64,000 bases of DNA from Octopus vulgaris (Eukaryota). Below the pieces are notes generated by a model. That model saw only the letters and a program-made list of their open reading frames with translations. It was not told the DNA's origin and searched no databases. A program made the position numbers and the translations under genes. Every line of letters begins with the position of its first letter. Position 1 is the stretch's first letter. Below are positions 24,004-34,601 of this stretch, in pieces. The stretch is from NCBI GenBank assembly GCA_951406725.2, contig OX597814.1, forward strand, positions 185,876,001-185,940,000, written 5' to 3'.

Positions 24004-25256
24004 ACACTTTCTCACACCACTGTTTAAATAAACTCACCATGAGCTTTCATTTGAATGGTCACACTTTGGGTTTTTGTTTTTGTTTACTGGTTAAAAATTT
24101 GGAATTACAGACACCATTAAAAATGTAGAGTTTTCCAACAGCCAGATATATATTAAATTGGGCTTTTGTTAGATCAATCCACATGTTTCAATCTATGATA
24201 TACACATAATATATACATATTTATACAAATATTGTAGTTTCAGAAGGATCATTTTGCAGATTCAGAAAGTCACATCAGGTTTATTTTCATTGGACTTTAA
24301 CACACTTTTGAGTATTTATGATCTGCTAGTCTAGCTTGAAGTTTTAAATTTGCATCAGAATGAAATACATCATTGAAACTATTATAGCTACTATCACCAC
24401 TTTAGATAAGACCTGTTGGACTTCACACTTTTTCTGCAACAGACTTCCCCTCCGCAACAAAAAATACTATTGTACCTTGGACTGAACAAAAAAAAAACAA
24501 CTGGCCATTTTGAAAACATTATTGAGTAGCTCTGGCCTAAAAACAGAGGTTCTGAAACGCAAATTCTGAACTGGCCATTTGTACAAGAAGTAAGAAGACT
24601 TTAAGGTTTAAAATGTTGTGGAGGAGAAAATCATTTATTGGACAAGTAATGCTACTGTTTCTCTGAAGCAGATTTAGGTTTTCAATATTACTGAATATTT
24701 GAATATTTGTTCCCTTGAAGGAGTCCATGTCCCAGTACTTTTAACTGGTTAAAGTTTTTTTCTATTTTCCTCAAGCAAAAATAAGCATTTTCCCCTCCAA
24801 AACGGCCAAAATTAGAAATTAGGAAAATTATGATAATTTATGCATAAGCCACAGTAGACTGAGAATCATTTTTCCTGTTTTCACAAACTATGACCATTAT
24901 GCAAGAAATCAAGAATTTTTTTCCAAATAAACAAACTTCATTTTTGATTTTTGTATAAACAAAATACTGTGAAATGGCCCTATAAAGAAAATCAGAATAG
25001 GGTAACCAGAAGAACTGTTAGAGAAGGTAAAAGGGATTTTCATTTACCTTTACTTGTTTCACTCACTGAACTGTGGCCTTGCTGGAGCACTGCTTTGAAA
25101 GATTTTAATTGAACAAATCAACCCCAGTACTTATTTTAAGGCCTGACACTTGTTTCAGTTTCTTTTGCCAAATCGGTCTCTTTTGCTGAAATGCTATACA
25201 GGTATATTAAATCTGATGTGCACTAAACATTAAGTATGTCCTCTTTCTTAGAACAG

Positions 25257-25411
25257 CAATTAGTGGATCAAATGCGCCAAATTAGTGGATCAGCACAGCA
25301 AATTAGCGAATCAAATGTGCCAATTAATTGATCAAACTCACCGAATTAATTGATCAAAGGTACCAAATGAGAGAAGCAAATGCATCAAATTAGTGGATTA
25401 AATGCACTAAT
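25257..25411. repeat. ~22-bp degenerate minisatellite, about 7 units
   Basis: Units resembling AATTAGTGGATCAAATGCGCCA. Confidence 0.75.
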
Positions 25412-25631
25412 TCAGACATGAGTGAAAGATCTACAGATGGAAAGAATCAGGTAGAATGATCAATAACTAGAATTCTAGAGAGGAATACAGAAACACTATT
25501 ATGATAGCAGTAACATCTTATGGTGCTTCTCCTGATACGATATGTCCATTTCTCCTCCTGGGATGCCCATCACCCATCAATTCTTTTTTTATATATCATC
25601 AAGTGTTTATTAGTACTAATGGTTATTTTTA

Positions 25632-25847
25632 TGCCTTATTATGTAACACACTCACCGGTAAAATTTCCACTTTTTTCTTATTTTTATTGTCCTAAAATTT
25701 TTCATTGCGTCTTGCAACCTTTTCAATAGTTTTGACTCTTAGAGTCAAAACTATTGAAAAGGTTGCAAGATGCAACGAAAATTTTAGGACAATAAAAATA
25801 AGAAAAAAAGTGGAAATTTTATCAGTGAGTGTGTTACATTATAAGGC
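25632..25847. mobile_element. Near-perfect ~108-bp-arm palindrome with hammerhead-like core at 25751-25787 (+)
   Basis: Apex TTTTGACTCT-T-AGAGTCAAAA; core ctaTTGAAAAg-gttgc-aagat-gcaac-GAAAATTTtag. Confidence 0.8.
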
Positions 25848-26091
25848 ACAAAAAGGAAATGACTCTCCCCAGACACAACAGAATATGCTTCAACACACAA
25901 ACTCATATAAAGAATCTTGCAAACCAAATCCAAAAATGAAATATGATTATTTTTAGTTTTTTTTTAAGTACTTTTTACAGATCATTTTCTGTTAGGCCTT
26001 TCAAACTTTCAATACTTTTGCGTACTTTCTCTTTTAGTGATTGGAGAAGTTTAAACTGCTTCCTTACAATGAGGACTTAGTAGTATTATGT

Positions 26092-26510
26092 AAGGCAGTG
26101 AGGTGGCAGAAACGTTAGCAGGCTGGTCGAAATGCTTAGCCGTATTTCGACTGCCGTTACGTTCTGAGTTCAAATTTCGCCGAGGTCGACTTTGCCTTTC
26201 ATCCTTTCGGGGTCGATAAATTAAGTATCAGTTACGCATTGGGGTCGATGTAATCGACTTAATCCGTTTGTTTGTCTTTGTTTGTCCCCTCTGTGTTTAG
26301 CCCCTTGTGGGTAGTAAAGAAATAGGTATTTCGTCTGTCTTTACGTTCTGAGTTCAAATTTTGCCGAGGTCGACTTTGCCTTTCATCCTTTCAGGGTCGA
26401 TAAATAACGTACCAGTTACGCACTGGGGTCAATATAATCGACTTAATCCCTTTGTCTGTCCTTGTTTGTGCCCTCTACGTTTAACCCCTTGTGGGCAATA
26501 AAGAAATAAG
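26092..26510 (+). mobile_element. SINE B partial tandem dimer (well preserved)
   Basis: Head AAGGCAGTGAGGTGGCAGAAACG; two GCCTTTCATCCTTTC.GGGTCGATAAA cores; tail AGCCCCTTGTGGG.A.TAAAGAAATA. Confidence 0.85.
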
Positions 26511-26885
26511 TAGTATTGTGGGCTCCAGGGCAAATCATTGCACTGAGATCAATAGTGTTTACTTATTGACAGCAAATCACGGCATAACTAGACTAGAATT
26601 GGACCCCTAAACCCACAAGAACCTCCAGACAATTGCCCAGTGTACACATATATTAATACGGCACAGTTTATATGATGGTAATCTTAACAGAGCTTTCAAT
26701 TCCTATAGCCTTACGAGTACAACAACCATTTCTCAATAAAAGTTTGTCATCATGCAGGTAATTAAGCCATAATGATCTGAAGATTCAGGGAAGATATCCT
26801 ATCTGGAATACTTTTAACTTTTCCAAATCCTTCTGGAGTGATGTCCATAGTTTGGTACTATAGAAGATCAAGCAATCAAGATGAT

Positions 26886-27076
26886 CAATGATTGTGGATT
26901 TGGATTTGTAAAGTGGTGTTCCATTGCTCCCAAACATATCAAAGAAATTAAAGAACAATTAAGTTTCTGAGCCAATTTGATTCAAATTGGCTCAGATACT
27001 TAATTGTTCTTTAATTTCTTTGATATGTTTGGGAGCAATGGAACACCACTTTACAAATCCAAATCCACAATCATTG
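26886..27076. repeat. Near-perfect 95-bp-arm palindrome (centre 26981)
   Basis: CAATGATTGTGGATTTGG...GAGCCAATTTGA-T-TCAAATTGGCTC...CCAAATCCACAATCATTG, with one visible mismatch. Confidence 0.9.
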
Positions 27077-29484
27077 GCTGTGAGCTGGCAGAATCGTTAG
27101 CACACCAGGCGAAATGCTCAGCAGTATTTCATCTGTCACTACGTTCTGAGTTCAAATTCTGCCGAGGTTGACTTTGCCTTTCATCCTTTTGGGGTCGATT
27201 AAATAAGTACCAGTTAAGCACTGGGGTCGATATAATTGACTTAATCCATTTGTCTGTCCTTGTTTGTCCCTTCTGTGTTTAGCCCCTTGTGGGTAGTAAA
27301 GAAATAGGTTAAATATTTTGACCCGAAATGACTGGTTTGAATATTGAAGCATCCTCATTTGTGCCAGCTATACTCTATCTAATACAGCATCAACACCATC
27401 TGCAACAAATTCAACATTTATATTAAGACAAAATTGTAAAGCTACAGTTGGGATATTTCAGAAGCAAGCTCTTCTGCTTTGTCCTCTGTGTCATTGAAAA
27501 CTGTACTATCATCAGCAAACCTATGAACATTAATATATCCTGTTTAGTCCAAACTCTATAACAGCAGTAATAGCAATGATAGTAGAACAATAATATCATC
27601 AGAAGCTGTAATGACATCAACAACACCAGCTGTGGAGGGGGAAAATCTAATATCTGTGAAAAGGAAAACAAAGTGCCAAGACAAAAGTGACAAAAAAAGG
27701 GAAGAAGAACAGAGTGGCACTGAATATAGATGAGAGATAGTCAAGGAAGAATATAAATGGATTTAGGAAACTTGAAGGAATAAGGAAGTTACCAAGCCAA
27801 ATTGCAAACATTAAGGGTAATAGAATAGGAGAGATTATTTAAAGTAGTCAGAAAATTCTATGATAACCCTCCAAAAAGATATGAATGAATAATATCGTTG
27901 ATATCAATGACCCTTTTATATATGATGGAGCTGTATTTGTCACTGAAATATTGGTTGGTGAATTCAAAGTAAAACAAAAAGAAGAGAGAGATGGAAGCGG
28001 GGTAAAATGAGATTGGAAGTAAAAAAAAAAAAACCTCATAAAAAATCTGAGTCAGCTTTCCAATTTCCGAAAAGAATATCGTAAACAAGGTTTATGAAGT
28101 AATATAAAGAAAATTTTTAAATTATGTTAAAAGGCATATAGGCTCTAGTTGAAGAAATAAAACCCAGAATCAAATCAAAAACAGAGAAAATAGATATCTA
28201 CAGTGGATATACTAATATAAACAAAACTGTATGTTTATGAGCAACAAAAGAAAAATTCTCTAGTCTACGAATCTGTGCTGAAGAACAACAATAAAATGAA
28301 GTGCCAGATGTGGGCTGAATCAAAACAATACTGATCAGGAATTTGGAGTAACAAACTAAAAACTTTAAGAAAAAAAAGAAGATGCAAACTGGATACCACG
28401 GTGTTGGATAGAATTTCAAAACAACAGAGCAAGACCACATATATTTAAAAAAATAAAAAATAATGAGGAGAATAACAAAAAAAAAAGACAGAAAATACAA
28501 AATATCAAAAGACGGATTCAGATGAATTACAATGTTTCTAGTTTCAGAACTTACACATGTCAAGATGTCTTGTTCAGTGCCTATCTGAATGCATACCATT
28601 AATAATGACAGAAGGGAGAATTGTTCTTTGGAGAAAAAGGTAAAACAAAAGGGACCAAAGTGTGTAAAGACAGCCCTGTTACATGTTATTGTAATTGCTT
28701 AACCCCAGGTCAGCAGTAAGACTGATGATTAAATGAGTTCCAGCTGCAGACATAGCATTATATTAGAGGCTACATTATCTAGTGCGTTCTTCCTTTTCTA
28801 AGCTGTGATAGACTATGATATGAGAAGGATTTGGCTGATATTTCTAACGGATTGACCAACTGGATTGAGACTCCCTTGTTGGCTCTCTATTATATATATA
28901 TATAAATTAGTGGCAAAGTACATAACTGATGAGATGTACTTTTTCATACAAATCAAATATCTATTTTCTTAAAATATAATATTTCTGACTAGTCGCCTCA
29001 TCTTTAGAGAAAAAAAAACTTTTAAAATACTTACATCTTTCACTACATTTTGATCAGTTTGATCTCTGATCATCATCAAATGTATTATTTTTAGATTTAG
29101 ACATTTAATCTACTTTGTAAAGAACAAAGAAGATGCAAAAAGTTATATATTTTTATGTAAACAAAAATAGAATAAAGCTCACAATTAAATTAATGAACTA
29201 CTGAAAAAAACACATGAAATGTTAGATAGCCCATTGTTTTATAATATATAATCTTTCATCAGTGCTTCTTAACGTCCTTTTTTCTATGCCTGCATGGATT
29301 GGACAGAGCTTATTGAGACATTTTCTATGGCCAGATGCCCTTTCTACCACCAAGTAAGGCAATATTTCCCTGTGGTTTGACATGTTTAGACAAAACCATT
29401 GGAAATGATTGATACTGCTTGTATTACAGTAATACTCATCTACAACTATGATGCACCTTCAAACTGAAAAGGTTCCAAAGTTGA

Positions 29485-29545
29485 TTGGGACTCCTCGGTC
29501 CATGTTTCAAGATGGGTCAGGTAGGTTGCCAATGCACATCGCTGA
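29485..29545 (-). pseudogene. 28S rRNA fragment (inverted)
   Basis: GACTCCTCGGTCCATGTTTCAAGATGGGTC is the decayed reverse complement of the conserved LSU motif GACCCGTCTTGAAACACGGACCAAGGAGTC. Confidence 0.8.
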
Positions 29546-29559
29546 CTGGTGGCAATGGG

Positions 29560-29720
29560 TGGCTTTTGAGGCTCTTCACGGGTGCAGATCTCGATGGTAG
29601 TAGCAAATATTCGAAAGAGACCTTCAAAGACCGAAGAGGAGAAGGGGTCCGTGCCAACAGCAGTCGAGCACAGGTCAGTCAGTCCTAGGAAGTGGGTGAA
29701 AGCTTCCTTAAAAGGAGATA
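29560..29720 (+). pseudogene. 28S rRNA fragment
   Basis: GGTGCAGATCTCGATGGTAGTAGCAAATATTC...GACCGAAGAGGAGAAGGGGTCCGTG..AACAGCAGTCGAGCAC.GGTCAGTC.GTCCTA matches a conserved eukaryotic LSU core segment. Confidence 0.85.
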
Positions 29721-29724
29721 CATG

Positions 29725-30152
29725 CACATTGAAGAATGACTTTAGGATGGTGAGCCTTTCAGGTGAGATGAAAAAGGACCAAGCTGTCTGGTGCCTTACA
29801 GTACTTAAGAAGACTTGTACTCCACAGCAGAAGTGTTAAAACTGGTCCTTCTGGTGGTGGAAGGCACTTGTCGTGGTGCCACATAAAAGCATCCATGCAG
29901 TACCGCATAAAAGTACCTATGTGGTGCTATATAAAAGTGTCCTTGTGGTGCCATGTAAAAGCACCCGGCATGCTCTGTAAAGTGGTTGGTGTTAGGAAGG
30001 GCATCCAGTTATAGAAACCATGCCAAATCAGACTAGAGTTTGATGCTGCCCGCCCAGCTTGCCAGCACTGGTCAAACCATTCAACCTATGCAAGCATGGA
30101 CATCAGACATTAAATGATGATAATGACGATGATGATTGTGATGATGATGATA
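29725..30152 (+). mobile_element. 5'-truncated RTE LINE (ORF end plus 3' UTR) fused to the 28S fragment
   Basis: KNDFRMVSLSGEMKKDQAVWCLTVLKKT resembles the RTE ORF terminus seen at 33180; ends GACATTAAATGATGAT. Confidence 0.7.
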
Positions 30153-30158
30153 TATACA

Positions 30159-30319
30159 GGCGCAGGAGTGGCTGTGTGATAAGTGGCTTGCTTCCCAACT
30201 ACATGGTTCTGGGTTCAATCCCACTGTGTGGCACCTTGGGCAGGTGTCTTCAGCTATAGCCTCAGGTCGACCAGAGCCTTGAGAGTGGATATGGTAGACC
30301 GAAACTGAAAGAAGCCCGT

Positions 30320-30354
<35 letters not shown>

Positions 30355-30810
30355 TGGGGGTGTTTGTGTCAACCAATGCTGATGTGTTTACTTCCCTGTA
30401 AATTAGTGGTTTGACAATAGACACCGATAGAATAAGTTGTAAGCTTACAAAGAATAAGTCCTGGGATCGATTTGCTTGACTAAAGGCAGTGCTCCAGCAT
30501 GGCCATAGTCAAATGACTGAAACAGGTAACAGGATAAAAGAATAAAAGAATACATTTATAGGCTTTTCTCAGCTTCTTATTTCTTTATTGCCCACAAGGG
30601 GCTAAACACAGAGGGGACGAACAAGGACAGATAAATGGATTAAGTCAATTAGATCGACCCCAGTGCGTAACTGGTACTTAATTTATCGACCCTGAAAGTA
30701 TGAAAGGCAAAGTCAACCTTGGCGGAATTTGAAATCAGAATGTAATGGCAGTCGAAATACTGCTAAGCATTTAGCCCAGCGTGCTAACTTTTCTGCCAGC
30801 TCACCACCTT
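30159..30810. mobile_element. SINE A (+, 30159-30550) followed by SINE B (-, 30577-30810)
   Basis: Family heads and tails as in the copies above. Confidence 0.85.
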
Positions 30811-31147
30811 GCTAATGCTTCTATCCACTAAAACGGGCTTTTCTCAGTTTCTATCCACTAAAACCACTCACAAAGCTTCAGTCAGCCTTTGGGCTATAGT
30901 AGAAGACATTTGCCCAAAGTGCCACACCATAGGACTGAACCACCAGTCATGTGGTTGGGAAGCAAACTTTTCAATCACCGCCATACCTTTTGCTTGTAAC
31001 CACTATACAGTGCCCGAAAAACGTATAGCAGTCCAGACAGAATACAAAACTTCAGCAAGTATAATGTTTCAGTGAGTCGAGTGGATATGTAGTCAGAAAC
31101 TGCAGGAGGAAATTATTTTTCAAGAGGATTTATTATGTTTACCCTCA

Positions 31148-31430
31148 TAGGCGTAGGAGTGGCTGAGTGAACCACATGGTTCCGAGTTCAGTCCCACTGC
31201 GTGGCACCTTGGGCAAGTGTCTTCTACTATAGCCTCGGGCTAACCAAAGTCTTGTGAGTGGATTCGGTAGATGGAAACTTAAAGAAGCCCGTCGTATATA
31301 TGTATATGTATATGTGTGTGTGTTTGTGTGTCTGTGTTTGCCCACCCCACACACACACACACATCGCTTGACAACCAATAGTGGTGTGTTTACAGACCTG
31401 TAACTTAGTGGTTCGGCAAAAGAGACCAGA
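31148..31430 (+). mobile_element. SINE A, 3'-truncated
   Basis: GGCGTAGGAGTGGCTG head through GGCAAAAGAGACC. Confidence 0.8.
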
Positions 31431-32764
31431 CTATAAAGGGGATGGTAGAATAAAAGAAGAGAGAGATAGATGGTGGCAAGTGCCAGGGCATACCCTGGAG
31501 GTACAGAGATCATAATATAAGTGACAGAGCATTGCCAAAGAAGTATGAGTAGCATGAATAAAGTTGCTGAAGAATATAAGAGGAAAGTCAGGAAAATCAT
31601 TGAAATAAACTAAATAAAATCTGTAATGTTGTTAAAGATATCAATAAATGGATTATATCAATACTGAGACAGTCTTTAGCTTTTCTTCAGAGGAAATAGA
31701 AACTCTGGAAATTGAAGCCTTGAACATAGCTGTGTGGGAGCAAGTGGTTTAACTTTGTTAAAGCAAAATAGACTGAAGCCAATAAGATAATCAGTGTCAG
31801 ATATTTGGAAAAATATGAAACTGTCAAACATAAAGGGTTTGAAATACATAAATATCAAAGGCTAAAGTGGCAGGATGAAGGTGGGGTAACTACACTGAGA
31901 AACTGACCGGAAATTGGATTTAAAGTGAATGAAAAATGGTCCTATCACTAGCAGCCGTTATTGAAAATTTCTGTTGTATAATTCTGTGGGATTTCACTGA
32001 GTTAAATGACTGTGTAATAGAGGAACAGAGATCAGGTGTGATTAAAATAGGGGGGAAAAAAAGAGGAAAATATATGAGATCACAGATTTAGCTATGCTAT
32101 GTGACAGTAGAATTAAAGGAATAGAAACAAAAAAAAAAAAATTATTATTGTGAAGTTTCCTGGTTTGGCTAAATATATGAGAAAACTTTGAAATACCTAA
32201 ATGAAAGTTATTTCTATTGTCATATGAACACAAAAGGAAATACCACACCAGCACTTGAAGAGAATGAAAGACATTTAAGCTGAGACCTGAATAGCAAAGT
32301 TGCAGAAAACTGTCATACTCCATTCTTCAAGAATCCTACAAAGAGTCCTTGAAAATTGAGGAGGTAAAGTTATTGTCAGTGATTTTCGAGATATGATTCC
32401 ATTGACATGATGAAAATGGAATACTGTTAAAATATGTAATGATGATGCTGATGATGAATTATTGCAATAAAAAGTTTCTTAAGAACAAAAGGAACATATG
32501 TTCAATACCTGCTTAATAAGTTCTATGTCATCAAATGGTTTTGGTTTCTTCGAAATAAAAGAAATATATAAACTGCTATCGAGGTGACCATACATATAAA
32601 CATATCATCGACAAACAGACAGACAGATAGATATAAATACAAACATATGTGTATTTATACTAGTCTAGGACATTTACCCTCCCACTGGACAATAATATCC
32701 CCTACCTCCACAGGACAATTACTCCTGAGGACAACAGATGATGATTTTAAACTTCTTACTCACT

Positions 32765-33169
32765 CGCAGGAGTGGCTATGTGGTAAGTAGCTTGCTTACC
32801 AACCACATGGCTCGGGTTCATTCCCACGGCATGGCACCTTGGACAAGTGTGTTCTTCTGTAGTCTCAGGCCGACCAAAGCCTTGTGAGTGGATTTGGTAG
32901 ACAGACACTGAAAGAAGCCCATTGTATATATGTATATGTATATATATGTATGTGTGTGTATACATTTGTGTGTCTGTGTTTGTCCCCCGCAACATCGCTT
33001 GACAACCAATGCTGGTGTGTTTATGTCCCCGTAACTTAGTGGTTCGGCAAAAGAGACCGATAGAACAAGTACTAGGCTTTCAAAGAATAAGTCCTGGGGT
33101 CGATTTGCTCGACTAAAGGCGATGCTCCAGCATGGCCGCAGTCAAATGACTGAAACAAGTAAAAGAGTA
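32765..33169 (+). mobile_element. SINE A, full length
   Basis: GCAGGAGTGGCTATGTGGTAAG...GAAACAAGTAAAAGAGTA. Confidence 0.9.
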
Positions 33170-33179
33170 TATATATAAA

Positions 33180-33757
33180 TCCGGAATAGAGGTAAACCCA
33201 GGAAAACATGGGATGAGGTGGTCGAGTATGACCTTTGAACGTTGGGCCTCACAGAGGCAATGACAAAAGACCGAGACCTCTGAAGATATACTGTGACTGT
33301 AAAGATCCGGCAAATAAAGTGTGTTCATGGCTGTATCCTACACCAGTTTTGCATCACCAGCCCCAGCCCATTCAAAAGTATCTTCGATTGTAGGGCGACC
33401 TGCTGTGCTTGAGGAGACCTATTGAGTCAAGTACATCAATATCAACATCAAAATGAAAATCAAATGGAAATTGTAGTTGTGATACCCATGTTGGTGGCAA
33501 GTAAAAAGCACCATTTGAATTTGGCCGATGCCAGCACTACCTTGACTGGCTTCCCTGCCGGTGGCATGTAAAATGCACCAACCGGTGGCACATAAAAAGC
33601 ACCCACTACACTCACGGAATGGTTGGCATTAGGAAGGGCATCTACCTGTAGAAACACTGCTAGATCAAACCTGGTGCAGTCTCCTGGCTTTCCAGACCCC
33701 GGTCAAACCATCCAACCCATGCTAGCATGAAAAACAGACGTTAAATGATGATGATGA
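33180..33757 (+). mobile_element. 5'-truncated RTE LINE (ORF C-terminus plus 3' UTR, (GAT)n tail)
   Basis: RGKPRKTWDEVVEYDL*TLGLTEAMTKDRDL*RY fits the RTE RGRPR..W...DR..WR motif and continues into the common CATGCTAGCATG...GACGTTAAA(TGA)n tail. Confidence 0.85.
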
Positions 33758-34202
33758 CATATATACGTATATATATATATATACATACATACATATATAT
33801 ATACACATATATATACATTTGCATGCATATGTATATGTACACACACACATGTATGTATATATATATATACACACACACACACATACATACATATATTTGA
33901 GTGGGGATGTATGTATGTATGTATGTTAAGATTCTCTTTAATACTTTTCTTTAATACATATTTAAATGAATAATAAATACAGGTGCTGCTTAAGAAAACC
34001 AAGGTTAATGCTGTCATGTGCCTGAAGAACATTCTAGTGATACAGAACAAATACTATTATTGTCCATTCTGCGTAGTTATCTTTAAATTTATTTTGAGCT
34101 TGAAACAGATCTTCATCAAACAAGAAGACTGATTGCTAAGAAAATAAACAGTCCTAGTGCCTAGTGTATGTCAGTTACTTACAGTACTCACCTTTAATGC
34201 CA

Positions 34203-34601
34203 CTTTTACTCTTTTACTTGTTTCAGTCATTTGACTGTGGCTATGCTGGAGCACCACCTTTATTCGAGCAAATCGACCCCAAGACTTATTCTTTGGAAGC
34301 CTAGTATTTATTCTATCGGTCTCTTTTGTTGAACCGCTAAGTTACTGGGACATAAAATAGCATCAGTTGTCAAGCGATGTTGGGGGAACAAACACAGACA
34401 CACAAACGCACAAACATATATATATATACACATATATATGACAGGCTTCTTTCAGTTTCTGTCTACCAAATCTACTCACAAGGCTTTGGTTGGCCCGAGG
34501 CTATAGTAGAAGGCACTTGCCCAAAGTGCCACATGGTGGGACTGAACCCGGAACCATGTGGTTGGTAAGCAAGCTACTTACCACGCAGCCACTCCTGCAC
34601 C
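34203..34601 (-). mobile_element. SINE A, full length
   Basis: Family tail and head both present. Confidence 0.9.

Noticed and set aside
29485-29720. Functional rRNA locus
   Set aside because: Only two short, mutated, oppositely oriented 28S pieces are present.
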